A DNA stretch of 24,000 nucleotides from Methanosarcinales archaeon (GCA_014859725.1 JACUTQ010000001.1:17619-41618), one strand, 5' to 3'; positions 13,599 to 23,720 are shown, numbered from the stretch's first letter. Notes: generated from the letters alone by a model not told the origin. A program made the numbers and translations.

Positions 13599-14732
13599 TT
13601 AGTTCTTCCTGCGAGCTAATATCTCTTCTGACATGCGCTTTTTTATCTGCATGAACTCCACATCAGACAAGCCCACAACCTCAAGTACACCATCTCGCAA
13701 GAAACAGGACTTTGTAATCTTACAACACCATGCCATACTACCAAAACATGTGCTGTCTCCATATTCCAGAGGAGTGCCCTGTACAAAGTCCAGTTTCAAC
13801 CTGGCAAATTCTTCGGCTGTCATTCCGATCTGTTTAAGCGCACTGTGAACTGCACATGGTTTTACAGGTAAGCAGCAAAAAGCCAGTGCTCTTAAATCCC
13901 CGCCGCCGCAAATGTGTTTTGGTGAATTGTACCAACCCGTATCCATTTGATAACGTGTTATCTGATCTGCTAAAAATCGTATTATATTCGGCTCTTTCAG
14001 GACTGCCCTGGCTACTGACACCATGTCCGCGCCCCTGGAGAATAAAGACTTTGCAGTGGAAATATCCACCACAGAATTATTACCAATAATAAACAATGAT
14101 GTATTATTCCGAATTTTTTTAATAACATTTGCATCTGCACCTCTTAGGCCCATGGCATCAACATGAATTATATCTGCTCCTGCTTCTTCTATTACCTCTG
14201 CTGCTTCCAGGTCGTCTACTACATTGGCCCTTATTTTTACAGATACTACTGCCCCGGTACTTTTTACGGCTTGAACAATCTCACTTAATGTTTCAAGATG
14301 TTCCAGCAGCGACTGCCCCGCCCCAAGTTCCATTATCTCGGACTGGCGGCAGTGGGCATTTATCTCAATACCTGCATTGCATTTTTTAGCGATCCTTGCT
14401 GCATCGACATAAGCATCGATACCAGCTGCCCTGACATTTACCATAACTGAGCAGTTATGGTTGTCTTCTTTCATAGCTTCCAGTTCAGAGGATAAGAATT
14501 CAAATGGTGAGTCGGTTACGAATTCACTGCGGCCCCGCTGGACTTCTCGTTTTGCGGCATCATTGGTCTTATCATCCAGGTTGTACCCTCCAAGAATGAC
14601 CATTCCGGCATGGTCAGTGAATTGTTTGGCAAACCTGCTATCAGTAATTCCTGCCATTGGGGCAAGACAAACAGGATTTTTGGGGGTCAAATATCCGATC
14701 TTAAGATCGAATTGATCTATCATTTCAGTCAA
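13599..14732 (-). CDS. Dus-like FMN/TIM-barrel domain fused to methanogenesis marker domain 9 (8-Cys domain)
   Basis: The N-terminus has LAPMAGITD (dihydrouridine-synthase-like motif). The C-terminal ~100 aa has 8 Cys, including FCCLPVKPC and WCCKITKSC. These resemble the paired [WFY]CCxxKPC signature described for marker domain 9. Confidence 0.7.
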   Translation of the reverse strand: MTEMIDQFDLKIGYLTPKNPVCLAPMAGITDSRFAKQFTDHAGMVILGGYNLDDKTNDAAKREVQRGRSEFVTDSPFEFLSSELEAMKEDNHNCSVMVNVRAAGIDAYVDAARIAKKCNAGIEINAHCRQSEIMELGAGQSLLEHLETLSEIVQAVKSTGAVVSVKIRANVVDDLEAAEVIEEAGADIIHVDAMGLRGADANVIKKIRNNTSLFIIGNNSVVDISTAKSLFSRGADMVSVARAVLKEPNIIRFLADQITRYQMDTGWYNSPKHICGGGDLRALAFCCLPVKPCAVHSALKQIGMTAEEFARLKLDFVQGTPLEYGDSTCFGSMAWCCKITKSCFLRDGVLEVVGLSDVEFMQIKKRMSEEILARRKN

Positions 14733-14824
14733 TATATTTCCTCAAAAGCAAATTATTAATGATAAATGTAATCATCGAGAGTCATTCTGATTGTTTTAAA
14801 CTATAAAAGTTTTACTTTGAAAAT

Positions 14825-15526
14825 TTATGGCGGTAATAAATTTACCATGAAAAGTCCAACCATGATTATCAGTATGAACAGTCCAATATAAACCGGTACA
14901 CTCCAGGCCAGCACTTTACGTCCATCTAATACACTGATGGGCAGCATATTGAATCCGGCCAACAGCATATTGATTATTACTCCCCAACGTCCGATTTCCA
15001 GCATGATTCCTTTATCGGTTAATAGTGGCAGGAAAACAAAAGCCAGAAAGAGATTCATTAAGGGACCGGATGCTGCTACTTTTCCATACTGGCTCCTGGA
15101 CAAGTGTGGTCCGAATATCTGTACAGCACCGGGTGCTGCGAACAGTATTCCTATCTGCCAGGCCATTAAAATAGCAAGAAGAAGCATATTTACACTCATC
15201 CTGAATTCTGCCCACGCACCATACTTTTGGGCTACGAACTTGTGGCCCATTTCATGGGCAATAAAGGAAATGCCTACTGTGACCAGTGATATTACCATAA
15301 GATCAAGAATAAACGGCCCGAATATCTGGCTGAATGAGGGTTGATGGCCTAATTTAATCCAGGCAATAAGAATGGCAAAAGCGTAAGAAATCGCGATCCA
15401 TGCAATGAGCAGGTGCCGCAGTTCAGTACTGCTGGTGTTGAACAGAGCCATCTTTTTGGATTTTACAGTTTGGGAATGGATAAGGTCAATATTCTCAAGA
15501 CGGGTTTGTTCAAATTCAGGCATCAA
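14825..15526 (-). CDS. Site-2-protease-like (peptidase M50 family) integral membrane metalloprotease
   Basis: HEMGH (HExxH) lies in a TM segment, with a downstream NMLPISVLDG (NxxPxxxLDG). Multiple hydrophobic helices are present. Confidence 0.8.
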   Translation of the reverse strand: MMPEFEQTRLENIDLIHSQTVKSKKMALFNTSSTELRHLLIAWIAISYAFAILIAWIKLGHQPSFSQIFGPFILDLMVISLVTVGISFIAHEMGHKFVAQKYGAWAEFRMSVNMLLLAILMAWQIGILFAAPGAVQIFGPHLSRSQYGKVAASGPLMNLFLAFVFLPLLTDKGIMLEIGRWGVIINMLLAGFNMLPISVLDGRKVLAWSVPVYIGLFILIIMVGLFMVNLLPP

Positions 15527-15604
15527 CGAATCTATGATTATACTATGATTAAAACTTATCGAGATTATTGAGATCTATAAATTAATAAGGATGGTTGAGA
15601 ATAT

Positions 15605-16813
15605 TTACAGGAAATCTGTTAACGTCTTCTGGTTCATTCTTCTATCAAGAACCTGGGATATGTGACGCCACCCGTCAATTTTTGTATTAAGGCGCGATGA
15701 CATGTCCACAAGTGCGTCTTCAATAGAATCATAATGCACGGGTGCTGACAACATAGCTTGACGGGCGGCTTCTCTTACCACCCAGACACCCAACGGTGCC
15801 CAGTACTCAGGTCTGATTTCCCGGATTGCGAATACACTTGCACTGTGACGTATCTGGGTTAGATGTTCAAGCACTGGCAGTCGTGCAGCATAATAGCCAC
15901 CACCCAGGTTGGAATATCCTTTCTTACCCTTGAAATCCTCCCGATCTGCTTCCATTGTTGTGCTTCCACCAGACCACACCGCCTTTGGCAGCCATATCTC
16001 GATGAGCTCAAATGCAAATGAACCCGGGAATATCATTATCTCAAAATGGTTTCCGTGCAAGCTTCCACTATAAACCTGAATATCATTTACCTCTGGGAAA
16101 TATCTGATCTCATCCAGGAGCATTTTCCCTATCATGTCATCTGTTGCAGTGATGGACCACCTGGTTGGTACGAGCTTTCTCTCCTTCCCCAACAGCCCTA
16201 TAGAAAGCAGTCTGGTAATCTGGTCCATCGATATGTCAGACCTATATAATTCGTCCACAGCATCCACAGCTTTAGCATCAGTATCATATACTATTTTATC
16301 CACCTGTCTAGGTACAACAGGGTTCTGTGCTATATCCAGTTTTATGACCTCACCAGCCGGACCCATTGGTGAGAGTACACCATCGAAACGCAAATCCAAA
16401 TGGGGAGCTTTGCGAAACCATACTTCTGTATCCACCGGTCTATCGGAAATTGAAAGTTCCTGGCTCTTCTGAAGCATTATATCGGGTGACTTGGCATCCG
16501 TTACTTTGAAGTGCATGTTTGACCTGACCAATGTGGATCGTAGACCAATGATATCACCAATACTCAATTGGTTCCATGAGCTGGGATCATCATAAATATG
16601 TGCTTCTTTTTCAGTAACATCTGGCGGCACTAAAGGACCTGCAGAAACATCCGGATATCCATAACGTCCGATAAACACAGAAGGAGGGGAAGCACCAAAG
16701 ATATTGTTAGAGAGTTTTTGAATATTTCCCAGGTAATTAAACTTCTCAATTATGGGGCACAATGTACGTCCGCATAATCCTTTGCCCTTACAGGATATAC
16801 ACTGTGTTGTCAT
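15605..16813 (-). CDS. nreA: Nre-family archaeal DNA repair protein
   Basis: The N-terminus is CISCKGKGLCGRTLCPI ... GASPPSVFIGRYGYPDVSAGP, which is characteristic of the Nre N-terminal domain. 402 aa. Confidence 0.7.
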   Translation of the reverse strand: MTTQCISCKGKGLCGRTLCPIIEKFNYLGNIQKLSNNIFGASPPSVFIGRYGYPDVSAGPLVPPDVTEKEAHIYDDPSSWNQLSIGDIIGLRSTLVRSNMHFKVTDAKSPDIMLQKSQELSISDRPVDTEVWFRKAPHLDLRFDGVLSPMGPAGEVIKLDIAQNPVVPRQVDKIVYDTDAKAVDAVDELYRSDISMDQITRLLSIGLLGKERKLVPTRWSITATDDMIGKMLLDEIRYFPEVNDIQVYSGSLHGNHFEIMIFPGSFAFELIEIWLPKAVWSGGSTTMEADREDFKGKKGYSNLGGGYYAARLPVLEHLTQIRHSASVFAIREIRPEYWAPLGVWVVREAARQAMLSAPVHYDSIEDALVDMSSRLNTKIDGWRHISQVLDRRMNQKTLTDFL

Positions 16814-16839
16814 TTTATTTATTCAATTAGTAAAAGCAT

Positions 16840-17409
16840 TTATTTGAAACCATATTTTCCAATCAGCGGTACAAATATTACTCCACCTTTTGGCTTCTTA
16901 ATAACACCATTGGTTCTGATAACCAGGTATAATTCCTGAAAATAACCCCCTACAGGTATGACCATCTTGCCTCCTGTTTTCAATTGTTCCACAAGAACAT
17001 CTGGTATTTCTGGTGCCGAACATGCTACAGATATCCTGTCAAATGGTGCCTGATCGGAGAGACCCTGGCTGCCGTCTTCCACGATCATTGTAACATTATC
17101 ATATCCCAATGACAATAGATTTTGTCGGGCAAATTCTGCCAGTTCGGGTATACGTTCGATTGAAAACACATGGCCTTCAGGTCCAACTAATTCGGCAATT
17201 ACCGCTGCATGATAACCACATCCTCCACCAATTTCCAGAACCTTTTGTCCGGATTGGAGGTCCAGATGGTTACACATTAAGCCAACCATATGGGGAGCCG
17301 AAATTGTCTGTCCGTGATCTATGGAAAGGGGATGATCTAAATAAGCATAGCGACGCTCATTTTCATGCACGAACAGGTGTCTGGGCACTTTTTCTATGGC
17401 ATCCAGCAC
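16840..17409 (-). CDS. pcm: Protein-L-isoaspartate O-methyltransferase (start uncertain, see findings)
   Basis: Motifs are VPRHLFV, GQTISAPHMV, VLEIGGGCGYHAAV (SAM motif I) and GGKMVIPVG. The track start is a GTG. The in-frame upstream sequence still looks like the Pcm N-terminal helix. Confidence 0.85.
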   Translation of the reverse strand: MLDAIEKVPRHLFVHENERRYAYLDHPLSIDHGQTISAPHMVGLMCNHLDLQSGQKVLEIGGGCGYHAAVIAELVGPEGHVFSIERIPELAEFARQNLLSLGYDNVTMIVEDGSQGLSDQAPFDRISVACSAPEIPDVLVEQLKTGGKMVIPVGGYFQELYLVIRTNGVIKKPKGGVIFVPLIGKYGFK

Positions 17410-17450
17410 ATGGTCAGATATTTCTGGATGCCGTGATCTGAGACTTTTTA

Positions 17451-18167
17451 TCAGTCTTCTCCTTTCTTCTTCGAAATCCAGGATGCAGACCCCCTAGGCC
17501 TTATGATTGAACCACCTTGCCCGTGAGTTATCTTTCGATACGTTTTTTTCGGGCGGCTCAGAAATTCCACTCGTTCCATAGAATCAGCGAAAATGCGTTT
17601 AATGTATTTTGCCTGGGCAGAATTTCCTTCATCCCTAAGAAATCCACCTACCCTCAACTTAATCTTTTTGATCAAAAACCTTTCTTGCCCTTCTTTCAAG
17701 ATTTCTCCTACATTGAATTCACGATCACCCGGAACTTCTATTTCAATTGATTCAGTCTGCCAGCCTTTGGTAATAGATATCTTGGCAATCACCTTATCAG
17801 TTGAACGGGCCCATACAGTCTCGATGTCATTGGTTATAGCTTCATCAACCCTTTTAATATCAGTTTCAATCGACGTTACTATAACAAAACTGGCTTCTCC
17901 TGTGGATTCGTCTTCCACAACAAATTCATCACCCACTGTTAATGCCTCGTCCGAATAAAGCGTTAATTTCCTGATAAAAGAGGATTCTCCTGAGCTCACT
18001 ACTACCCTTACCTCTTTTTGTCTCTTTTTTTCAATATGATGCGGATGTACTGCATCGCATTGAGTGCATTTTATCAACATGCCGGGTTTTTCTTTAAGTA
18101 TTGAATGAGGCACAGGTTCATCGGGTGAACAATCTGGACACTGTGCCTGGATAATTTCATGTACCAT
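17451..18167 (-). CDS. Archaeal zinc-ribbon protein (COG1326 / HVO_0476-like family), function unknown
   Basis: The N-terminus is CPDCSP...CTQCDAVH (4-Cys ribbon), followed by beta-rich domains. The family assignment is from memory only. Confidence 0.5.
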   Translation of the reverse strand: MVHEIIQAQCPDCSPDEPVPHSILKEKPGMLIKCTQCDAVHPHHIEKKRQKEVRVVVSSGESSFIRKLTLYSDEALTVGDEFVVEDESTGEASFVIVTSIETDIKRVDEAITNDIETVWARSTDKVIAKISITKGWQTESIEIEVPGDREFNVGEILKEGQERFLIKKIKLRVGGFLRDEGNSAQAKYIKRIFADSMERVEFLSRPKKTYRKITHGQGGSIIRPRGSASWISKKKGED

Positions 18168-18360
18168 TGTATTTTCTTACCTCATACGATAATAGTATTA
18201 TTAAATAGTAAATACTTCGATGTAAAAAAAAAACATTTCGCAACTTTTGACTGAATTTAGCATTGGTTATATATAAGTGTTGCATGTTGGTTCCCTATCC
18301 ATGAAAAAACCTTTATTGTAAGTCTTATATTTCATAACCAACCTGGACAGGAGTCACTTC

Positions 18361-19971
18361 ATGCCTATAATCACTTTATATTACAAAGATATCGAATCTC
18401 TTACAGGTATCGATCGAGAGACATTTATTAAACGTGTGCCTATGATAGGAGCCGATATCGAACGTATCGAAGATGACCATATTGACATTGAATTCTTCCC
18501 TGACAGACCTGATCTCTATAGTCCTGAGGGGGTTGCAAGAGCAATGAGAGGTTTTCTTGACATTAAAACCGGCCTTCCTCAGTTTACGGTAAAAAAGTCT
18601 GATATTACAATCACACTGGACGAAGATATAAAGAAAATCCGCCCGATTCTAGGTTGTGCCGTAGTCAGAGGACTTGAATTTGATGATTATAGTATAGAAA
18701 GTCTAATGGGTCTGCAAGAAGACCTTCATTGGGGGCTGGGGCGGGACAGGAAAAAAGTATCTATTGGTGTTCATGACATCAGTAAGGTAAAACCTCCTTT
18801 CAGGTATGTAGCTGCTGATCCTGGTTTTAGTTTTGTACCTCTGGAATTTGATGTACCTATGAGCATGGAAGAGATACTAAAAGGACATCCAAAGGGCACC
18901 AAATACGCTCACCTTATGGATGGATTCGATAAATACCCCCTGATCCTTGATGCAAACAACCAGGTCCTCTCATTCCCACCGATAATAAATGGAGAACTTA
19001 CAAAGGTCAACCATGACACAAGGGATCTTTTTATTGATGTGACCGGCCTGAACAAGAGTGTCTATTCTGCACTCAATATTGTAGTGACATCACTGGCAGA
19101 ACGGGGCGGTTCTATCGAGCAGGTAACAATTAATAACAGTATCGAAGGTACACAGGTAACACCTGATCTGACACCTGATACGTGGCAGCTGGATGTGGAA
19201 GATGTGGAATCCCTCATAGGTATTAAATTATCACCCCAACAGATCGTACAACAGCTCGAACGAATGAGATTTGGGGCTTCGATAGAACAAAATCACATCA
19301 AAGTCCAATCTCCTGCATACAGGGCAGACATCCTTCATACCTGGGACTTGCTGGAAGATATTGCTATTGGATATGGATATGATAATATTACTCCAAAAAT
19401 CCCAAAAACCGTTACTGTAGGGCAGCAGCACCCAATTTCAACAAAAAACAGTGAGATCATCCAGATAATGATAGGGCTTGGGTTTTACCAGGTCATGCCT
19501 TTCACTTTAGTGAGTGAAAAGCTGCATTATGAAAATATGCTTCGAATCCCTGATCTAAAAGCAACTCCGATCAAACACCCAATAACCAAAGACCAGACAA
19601 TGGTAAGAACCACCATCCTTCCTAACCTGATGGAAATTCTTTCCTTAAACCAGCACCGCGAACTTCCTCAGCGTATTTTTGAAGTGGGAGATGTGGTAGT
19701 TGAAGGCTCTACTTTGCAGCATTTAGCAGGAGTTAGCATCCATCCGACCGTCAATTACACAGAGATACGGGCAACTGTTGATGCAGTGATGCGTGAGCGT
19801 GGGATGGAATATTCAATTGAAAGGACAAATGACCCTGCATTTTTAGAAGGCAGGCGAGCAGCTATACTTTCTGAGGGTAAGGAGCTCGGTGTACTGGGTG
19901 AAATGCATCCTGATGTCATTTCCAATTTTGGACTTCAGCAGCCTGCTGTAGGATTTGAGATGGTGGTATGA
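18361..19971 (+). CDS. pheT: Phenylalanine--tRNA ligase beta subunit, archaeal type
   Basis: The protein starts [16 protein letters not shown]...[38 protein letters not shown] and is 536 aa. A GGAG lies 9-12 nt upstream of the ATG. Confidence 0.9.
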   Translation: MPIITLYYKDIESLTGIDRETFIKRVPMIGADIERIEDDHIDIEFFPDRPDLYSPEGVARAMRGFLDIKTGLPQFTVKKSDITITLDEDIKKIRPILGCAVVRGLEFDDYSIESLMGLQEDLHWGLGRDRKKVSIGVHDISKVKPPFRYVAADPGFSFVPLEFDVPMSMEEILKGHPKGTKYAHLMDGFDKYPLILDANNQVLSFPPIINGELTKVNHDTRDLFIDVTGLNKSVYSALNIVVTSLAERGGSIEQVTINNSIEGTQVTPDLTPDTWQLDVEDVESLIGIKLSPQQIVQQLERMRFGASIEQNHIKVQSPAYRADILHTWDLLEDIAIGYGYDNITPKIPKTVTVGQQHPISTKNSEIIQIMIGLGFYQVMPFTLVSEKLHYENMLRIPDLKATPIKHPITKDQTMVRTTILPNLMEILSLNQHRELPQRIFEVGDVVVEGSTLQHLAGVSIHPTVNYTEIRATVDAVMRERGMEYSIERTNDPAFLEGRRAAILSEGKELGVLGEMHPDVISNFGLQQPAVGFEMVV

Positions 19972-20552
19972 AAGTCATTGATATTTCAATGACAATCCAT
20001 CCTGAAATGAAGATTTATAATGGAGATGTTGCCCCCAAAATAACAAGACTCTCTAAGATCGAAGATGGGGATTCCTACAATGTTTCTAAAATTACACTGG
20101 GAAGTCATACAGGCACACATGTGGATTCGCCACTGCATTTTTTCTTAAATAAAACTGGAATAGATGAATTACCTTTACAGGGACTGGTAGGTCCGGCTAG
20201 AGTAATAGATATTTCCGGGCTTAAAAGACCAATCGAAGCCCATGAACTTGGAAGTCTGGAAAATGTGAAGATCATATTATTAAAAGGGAGTAAGGCACAT
20301 CTTACCATTGAAGGGGCCCAAGTTCTTATAGAAAATAATGTCAGGACCATTGGCACAGAAGCATTATCAATAGCTGTGAACGAAGTGGAAAACGAAGTTC
20401 ACCGAATACTATTAGGAGCAGAAATAATTATTATTGAAGGACTTGACCTGACAAATGTAAATGAAGGAGATTATTTCCTTGTATGCCTTCCTCTTAAGAT
20501 AGCAGGCTGTGATGGAGCACCAGCCAGAGCTGTATTGATCTCAGATAAATAA
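19968..20552 (+). CDS. Cyclase-family protein (kynurenine-formamidase-like fold)
   Basis: It has the [14 protein letters not shown] motif. Its start overlaps the pheT stop by 4 nt (ATGA). Confidence 0.65.
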   Translation: MKVIDISMTIHPEMKIYNGDVAPKITRLSKIEDGDSYNVSKITLGSHTGTHVDSPLHFFLNKTGIDELPLQGLVGPARVIDISGLKRPIEAHELGSLENVKIILLKGSKAHLTIEGAQVLIENNVRTIGTEALSIAVNEVENEVHRILLGAEIIIIEGLDLTNVNEGDYFLVCLPLKIAGCDGAPARAVLISDK

Positions 20553-20571
20553 AATAAGAAGTATCCGGTGT

Positions 20572-21723
20572 TTAGCCGAATACTAATACTGATCTTGTTG
20601 TTCCCAGTACCAATTTGCTGGCATCCGGGATCATATCAAGGGAGACGAAGAACAATCCATATGCACTGTCAAGATGATATTTCGCTAATTCATTACCATC
20701 AAGGTCATACATTCTTAAGTCCCGATCCTCACTGATCACAATATACCTGGAATCTTCAGATATACCCAAGACCCCAACATCGGTCAATGATTTCTGCCAT
20801 TTTACGTTACCATTTTTGTCAAATAATTGGACCATATACACGAACGAGGGGATATTAGCCCTATTAACTGGTTTAGTGAGGATATAATCTCCACTTTCCG
20901 GGATCTCAATTTCGATAGTATCTACAGTTAGTTCCTTCACCCAGTTACTGTTGCCATATTGGTCATAAGAATGGAGCTTATTGTCTTCAGTAAGTGCATA
21001 CATCTTTTCACCGTTCTCAGACATTTTAATATCGATAACACTTGACCCCAGGTCCTTTGAATAAAGGTTTCTCAGATCATTACTTACATAATGTATCTTT
21101 CCTTCATAGGTCCCGATAAATAGATTTTTTCCATTGGCAGTATAATCAAATATCAAATTTTTTGCAGTTGATATTCCCAGATCCCAGTCCCACAATTCAG
21201 AACCTTTCTTATCAATTATTGATACATGTGGTTTTTTCTCGCTCGACTGGATTACATTACCATTTTCCAGTATAGCTATCTGGTGGACTATTCCGGTTGC
21301 ATCATATGATACAAGGCTATCTCCATTGGTATCATATAACCTGACAAAATTCTCATCAGCCACAGCTATGTATTCGCCTGAACTTGATAGTGAAATTAAT
21401 TTTCCGTTTTTCCAATATAGATTAGTTAATATGTTCTTTGTGGGTGTTTTTATTATAGCTTTATGAAGAGAAATTCCTCCATAATAATCTCCATTATCTG
21501 AAATAGTCACATCAAACGCTTTAAATCCAAGTTTATTTGTCCAGGATGGAGCATTTAGCATTTGGACTGGGTCAATTGTGGCTGAAACTGTAGGAGTTTC
21601 AGTCGGTTTTGGAGGGGAAGTCCCTGAAGGAGGGGGAGTTGATACTTCATACTGCTCTGCACATCCAGAAAAGCCAATGACTAAAATCGTTAGAATTATA
21701 CCATAAATAAATAATTTTTTCAT
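20572..21723 (-). CDS. Secreted lipoprotein with Pro/Thr linker and PQQ-like/WD-like beta-propeller repeats
   Basis: The N-terminus is MKKLFIYGIILTILVIGFSGC (signal + lipobox), followed by the linker STPPPSGTSPPKPTETPTVS. The motif (Y/F)DxxG(N/D/S)xxW recurs (YDTNGDSL, IDKKGSELW, YDQYGNSNW, FDKNGNVKW, YDLDGNEL). The ATG at 21723 is preferred over the TTG at 21747. Confidence 0.7.
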   Translation of the reverse strand: MKKLFIYGIILTILVIGFSGCAEQYEVSTPPPSGTSPPKPTETPTVSATIDPVQMLNAPSWTNKLGFKAFDVTISDNGDYYGGISLHKAIIKTPTKNILTNLYWKNGKLISLSSSGEYIAVADENFVRLYDTNGDSLVSYDATGIVHQIAILENGNVIQSSEKKPHVSIIDKKGSELWDWDLGISTAKNLIFDYTANGKNLFIGTYEGKIHYVSNDLRNLYSKDLGSSVIDIKMSENGEKMYALTEDNKLHSYDQYGNSNWVKELTVDTIEIEIPESGDYILTKPVNRANIPSFVYMVQLFDKNGNVKWQKSLTDVGVLGISEDSRYIVISEDRDLRMYDLDGNELAKYHLDSAYGLFFVSLDMIPDASKLVLGTTRSVLVFG

Positions 21724-21959
21724 GACTGCCACCTTATCAAAATACAAGAATATGTACCTCGGTAATATTATTGAACTCTTTAGTTATTATAGTTTACATA
21801 ACATATAATTTATGTGTATCAATTACCAAATATTTTCAAAAAGCTTTACCGTAACCAATATATAGAACCACAAACATGTGGAAAAACCCATAAATTATGA
21901 TTTATTACTGTAAAGTTTAATTACATGGTTTCAATTGAGACCGGCGGAGGAAGCGTTAG

Positions 21960-23687
21960 ATGTTGAAAGTTAAGAACCTGGTAAAGGACTATGATGTAGA
22001 TGATGCTAAGGTTAGAGTACTAAATGGTGTCAGTTTTGAGGTTAATGATGGTGATATATTAGGGATCATGGGACGAAGTGGTGGCGGAAAGACCACACTA
22101 ATGAAGGTGTTAAGAGGCGTTGAGAATTTTGTTGAAGGTGAGATCGAAATTGATGGACTTACCATTACCCCGGATTCTTCATTCCAGGATATTAGAGCAC
22201 TAAAAGATATAACTGCTATACATCTTCAAAGAAATTTTGGTCTCTGGACTGGTTCTGCAATTGAAAACATTATAAGACGTATATATTCTCTTAAAGTAGG
22301 GCAAGAAGCCCTTCCTCATAGGGATCACCCGGATTTTGATGTACTGTATGCCGAGAGTATGGAATATCTCAAACTAGTGGGCCTTGATCATAAGGCCGAA
22401 CATTTCTCATCTGTGCTCAGTGGTGGTGAAAAACAGAGATTATTGATAGCCCGGCAGATTGCTGCCAAACCCAAGCTTTTATTACTGGACGAACCCGCAA
22501 CCATGACCTGTCCCGCAACCAAACAGGAAGTGCTGGACACAATAAAAAAGGTTCATCAGGAAACCGGGATCATGACCATAGTTGTCTCACATCTCCCTGA
22601 GATACATGGTTATCTTGCAGACAAACTAATATTGCTCGAAGACGGTAAGATCGTGGCCCAGGGTGAACCAAAAACCATAATTAAAGAATTCCTTAAGGAC
22701 ATTCGACCCATAGTACCACTTCCTGACATAAAAGAAAAAATTCCTGTTATTAAGGTTGAAAATGTGAGTCAACGGTATTATTTGATACGCCAGGGAGAGG
22801 TACTGGATATTGAAGATATGAGCATTGAATTCAATAAAGGCGAGATCACTGCAATCATAGGACCCAGCGGCGGAGGTAAGACCACATTGCTTCATGCCAT
22901 GGACGGGCTCATTTATCCTGATGAAGGTGAGATAAGCTACCTGGTTGACAATGATTGGGTAGATATCACCATCTATAATCCCAGTCGAATGGAACTTCGC
23001 AGAAGGACCAGTATCATGTACCAGGAATTTGCGCTGTACCCTAATTCACCCATCAAGCATCAACTGGCATATAAACTGGGAGTTAAGGGTATGCACGTTA
23101 TAGAGAATGCCCGTAAAAAGGCAAAGGAATTGAGCATTCCTGATGAAGATCTTGATATTATTTACCGGTTGACAGATATTGGCGGAGAAAAAGCCCAGGA
23201 GCAACTGGAAGAGATGGGATATCAATTGGATATTATCAGCATCCTCTTCCCAAGTAGTACTATGGATGAGGTCAAGAAATATGCAGAACCGATCTTTGAA
23301 GCTATGTGGCTGCCCATATCTGCACTTAACGCAAAACCATACCAGTTAAGTGGTGGAGAAAATGTAAGGGCTGCACTGGCCCTGGCGACTATCACACAAC
23401 CTGAATATCTATTATTGGATGAACCATTCGGAGATCTGGACCCACGTACTTTGCGAGAGGTGGCCAATTCCCTTAAAAGGTTCAATGCACAGTTCAATAC
23501 TACCATTGTTTTCATTAGCCATCACATGGATTTTGTGAATGAACTGGCACATAGAGCTATCATGATCGAAAACGGTAAGATCACTATGGATGATGAACCC
23601 ATGGCCGTCACTAAAAAGCTGATAGAAGTGGGTCATGCCACGTATATGAAGCATGCATTGAAGGATTATTCAATAGTAACAAACTAA
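21960..23687 (+). CDS. atwA: Soluble tandem-ABC ATPase. Best guess is methyl-coenzyme M reductase activation component A2 family.
   Basis: Two ABC cassettes: GRSGGGKTTL / LSGGEKQR / LLLLDEP and GPSGGGKTTL / LSGGENVR / LLLDEPFGDLD. There is no adjacent permease gene. Segments such as IHLQRNFGLW and MYQEFALYP resemble A2 proteins. A GGAGG lies 10-14 nt upstream of the ATG. It lacks the Cys-rich insert I recall in some A2 homologues, so the family call is moderate. Confidence 0.55.
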   Translation: MLKVKNLVKDYDVDDAKVRVLNGVSFEVNDGDILGIMGRSGGGKTTLMKVLRGVENFVEGEIEIDGLTITPDSSFQDIRALKDITAIHLQRNFGLWTGSAIENIIRRIYSLKVGQEALPHRDHPDFDVLYAESMEYLKLVGLDHKAEHFSSVLSGGEKQRLLIARQIAAKPKLLLLDEPATMTCPATKQEVLDTIKKVHQETGIMTIVVSHLPEIHGYLADKLILLEDGKIVAQGEPKTIIKEFLKDIRPIVPLPDIKEKIPVIKVENVSQRYYLIRQGEVLDIEDMSIEFNKGEITAIIGPSGGGKTTLLHAMDGLIYPDEGEISYLVDNDWVDITIYNPSRMELRRRTSIMYQEFALYPNSPIKHQLAYKLGVKGMHVIENARKKAKELSIPDEDLDIIYRLTDIGGEKAQEQLEEMGYQLDIISILFPSSTMDEVKKYAEPIFEAMWLPISALNAKPYQLSGGENVRAALALATITQPEYLLLDEPFGDLDPRTLREVANSLKRFNAQFNTTIVFISHHMDFVNELAHRAIMIENGKITMDDEPMAVTKKLIEVGHATYMKHALKDYSIVTN

Positions 23688-23720
23688 ATTGTGGAAAATT
23701 CAATTCTGGAAATATATTCT

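Noticed and set aside
17494-17496. In-frame TAG upstream of pcm as a pyrrolysine read-through codon (Methanosarcinales context)
   Set aside because: The in-frame sequence upstream of the TAG (…YGTSGISEPPEKNVSKDNSRARWFNHKA) is just the shadow of the Zn-ribbon gene. It has no start codon and no Pcm similarity.
18301-18321. Six-codon mini-ORF (MKKPLL*) in the pheT leader, considered as a pheST-style attenuator peptide
   Set aside because: It contains no Phe codons and no obvious alternative hairpins. The bacterial leader-peptide mechanism is also not established for archaeal pheT.
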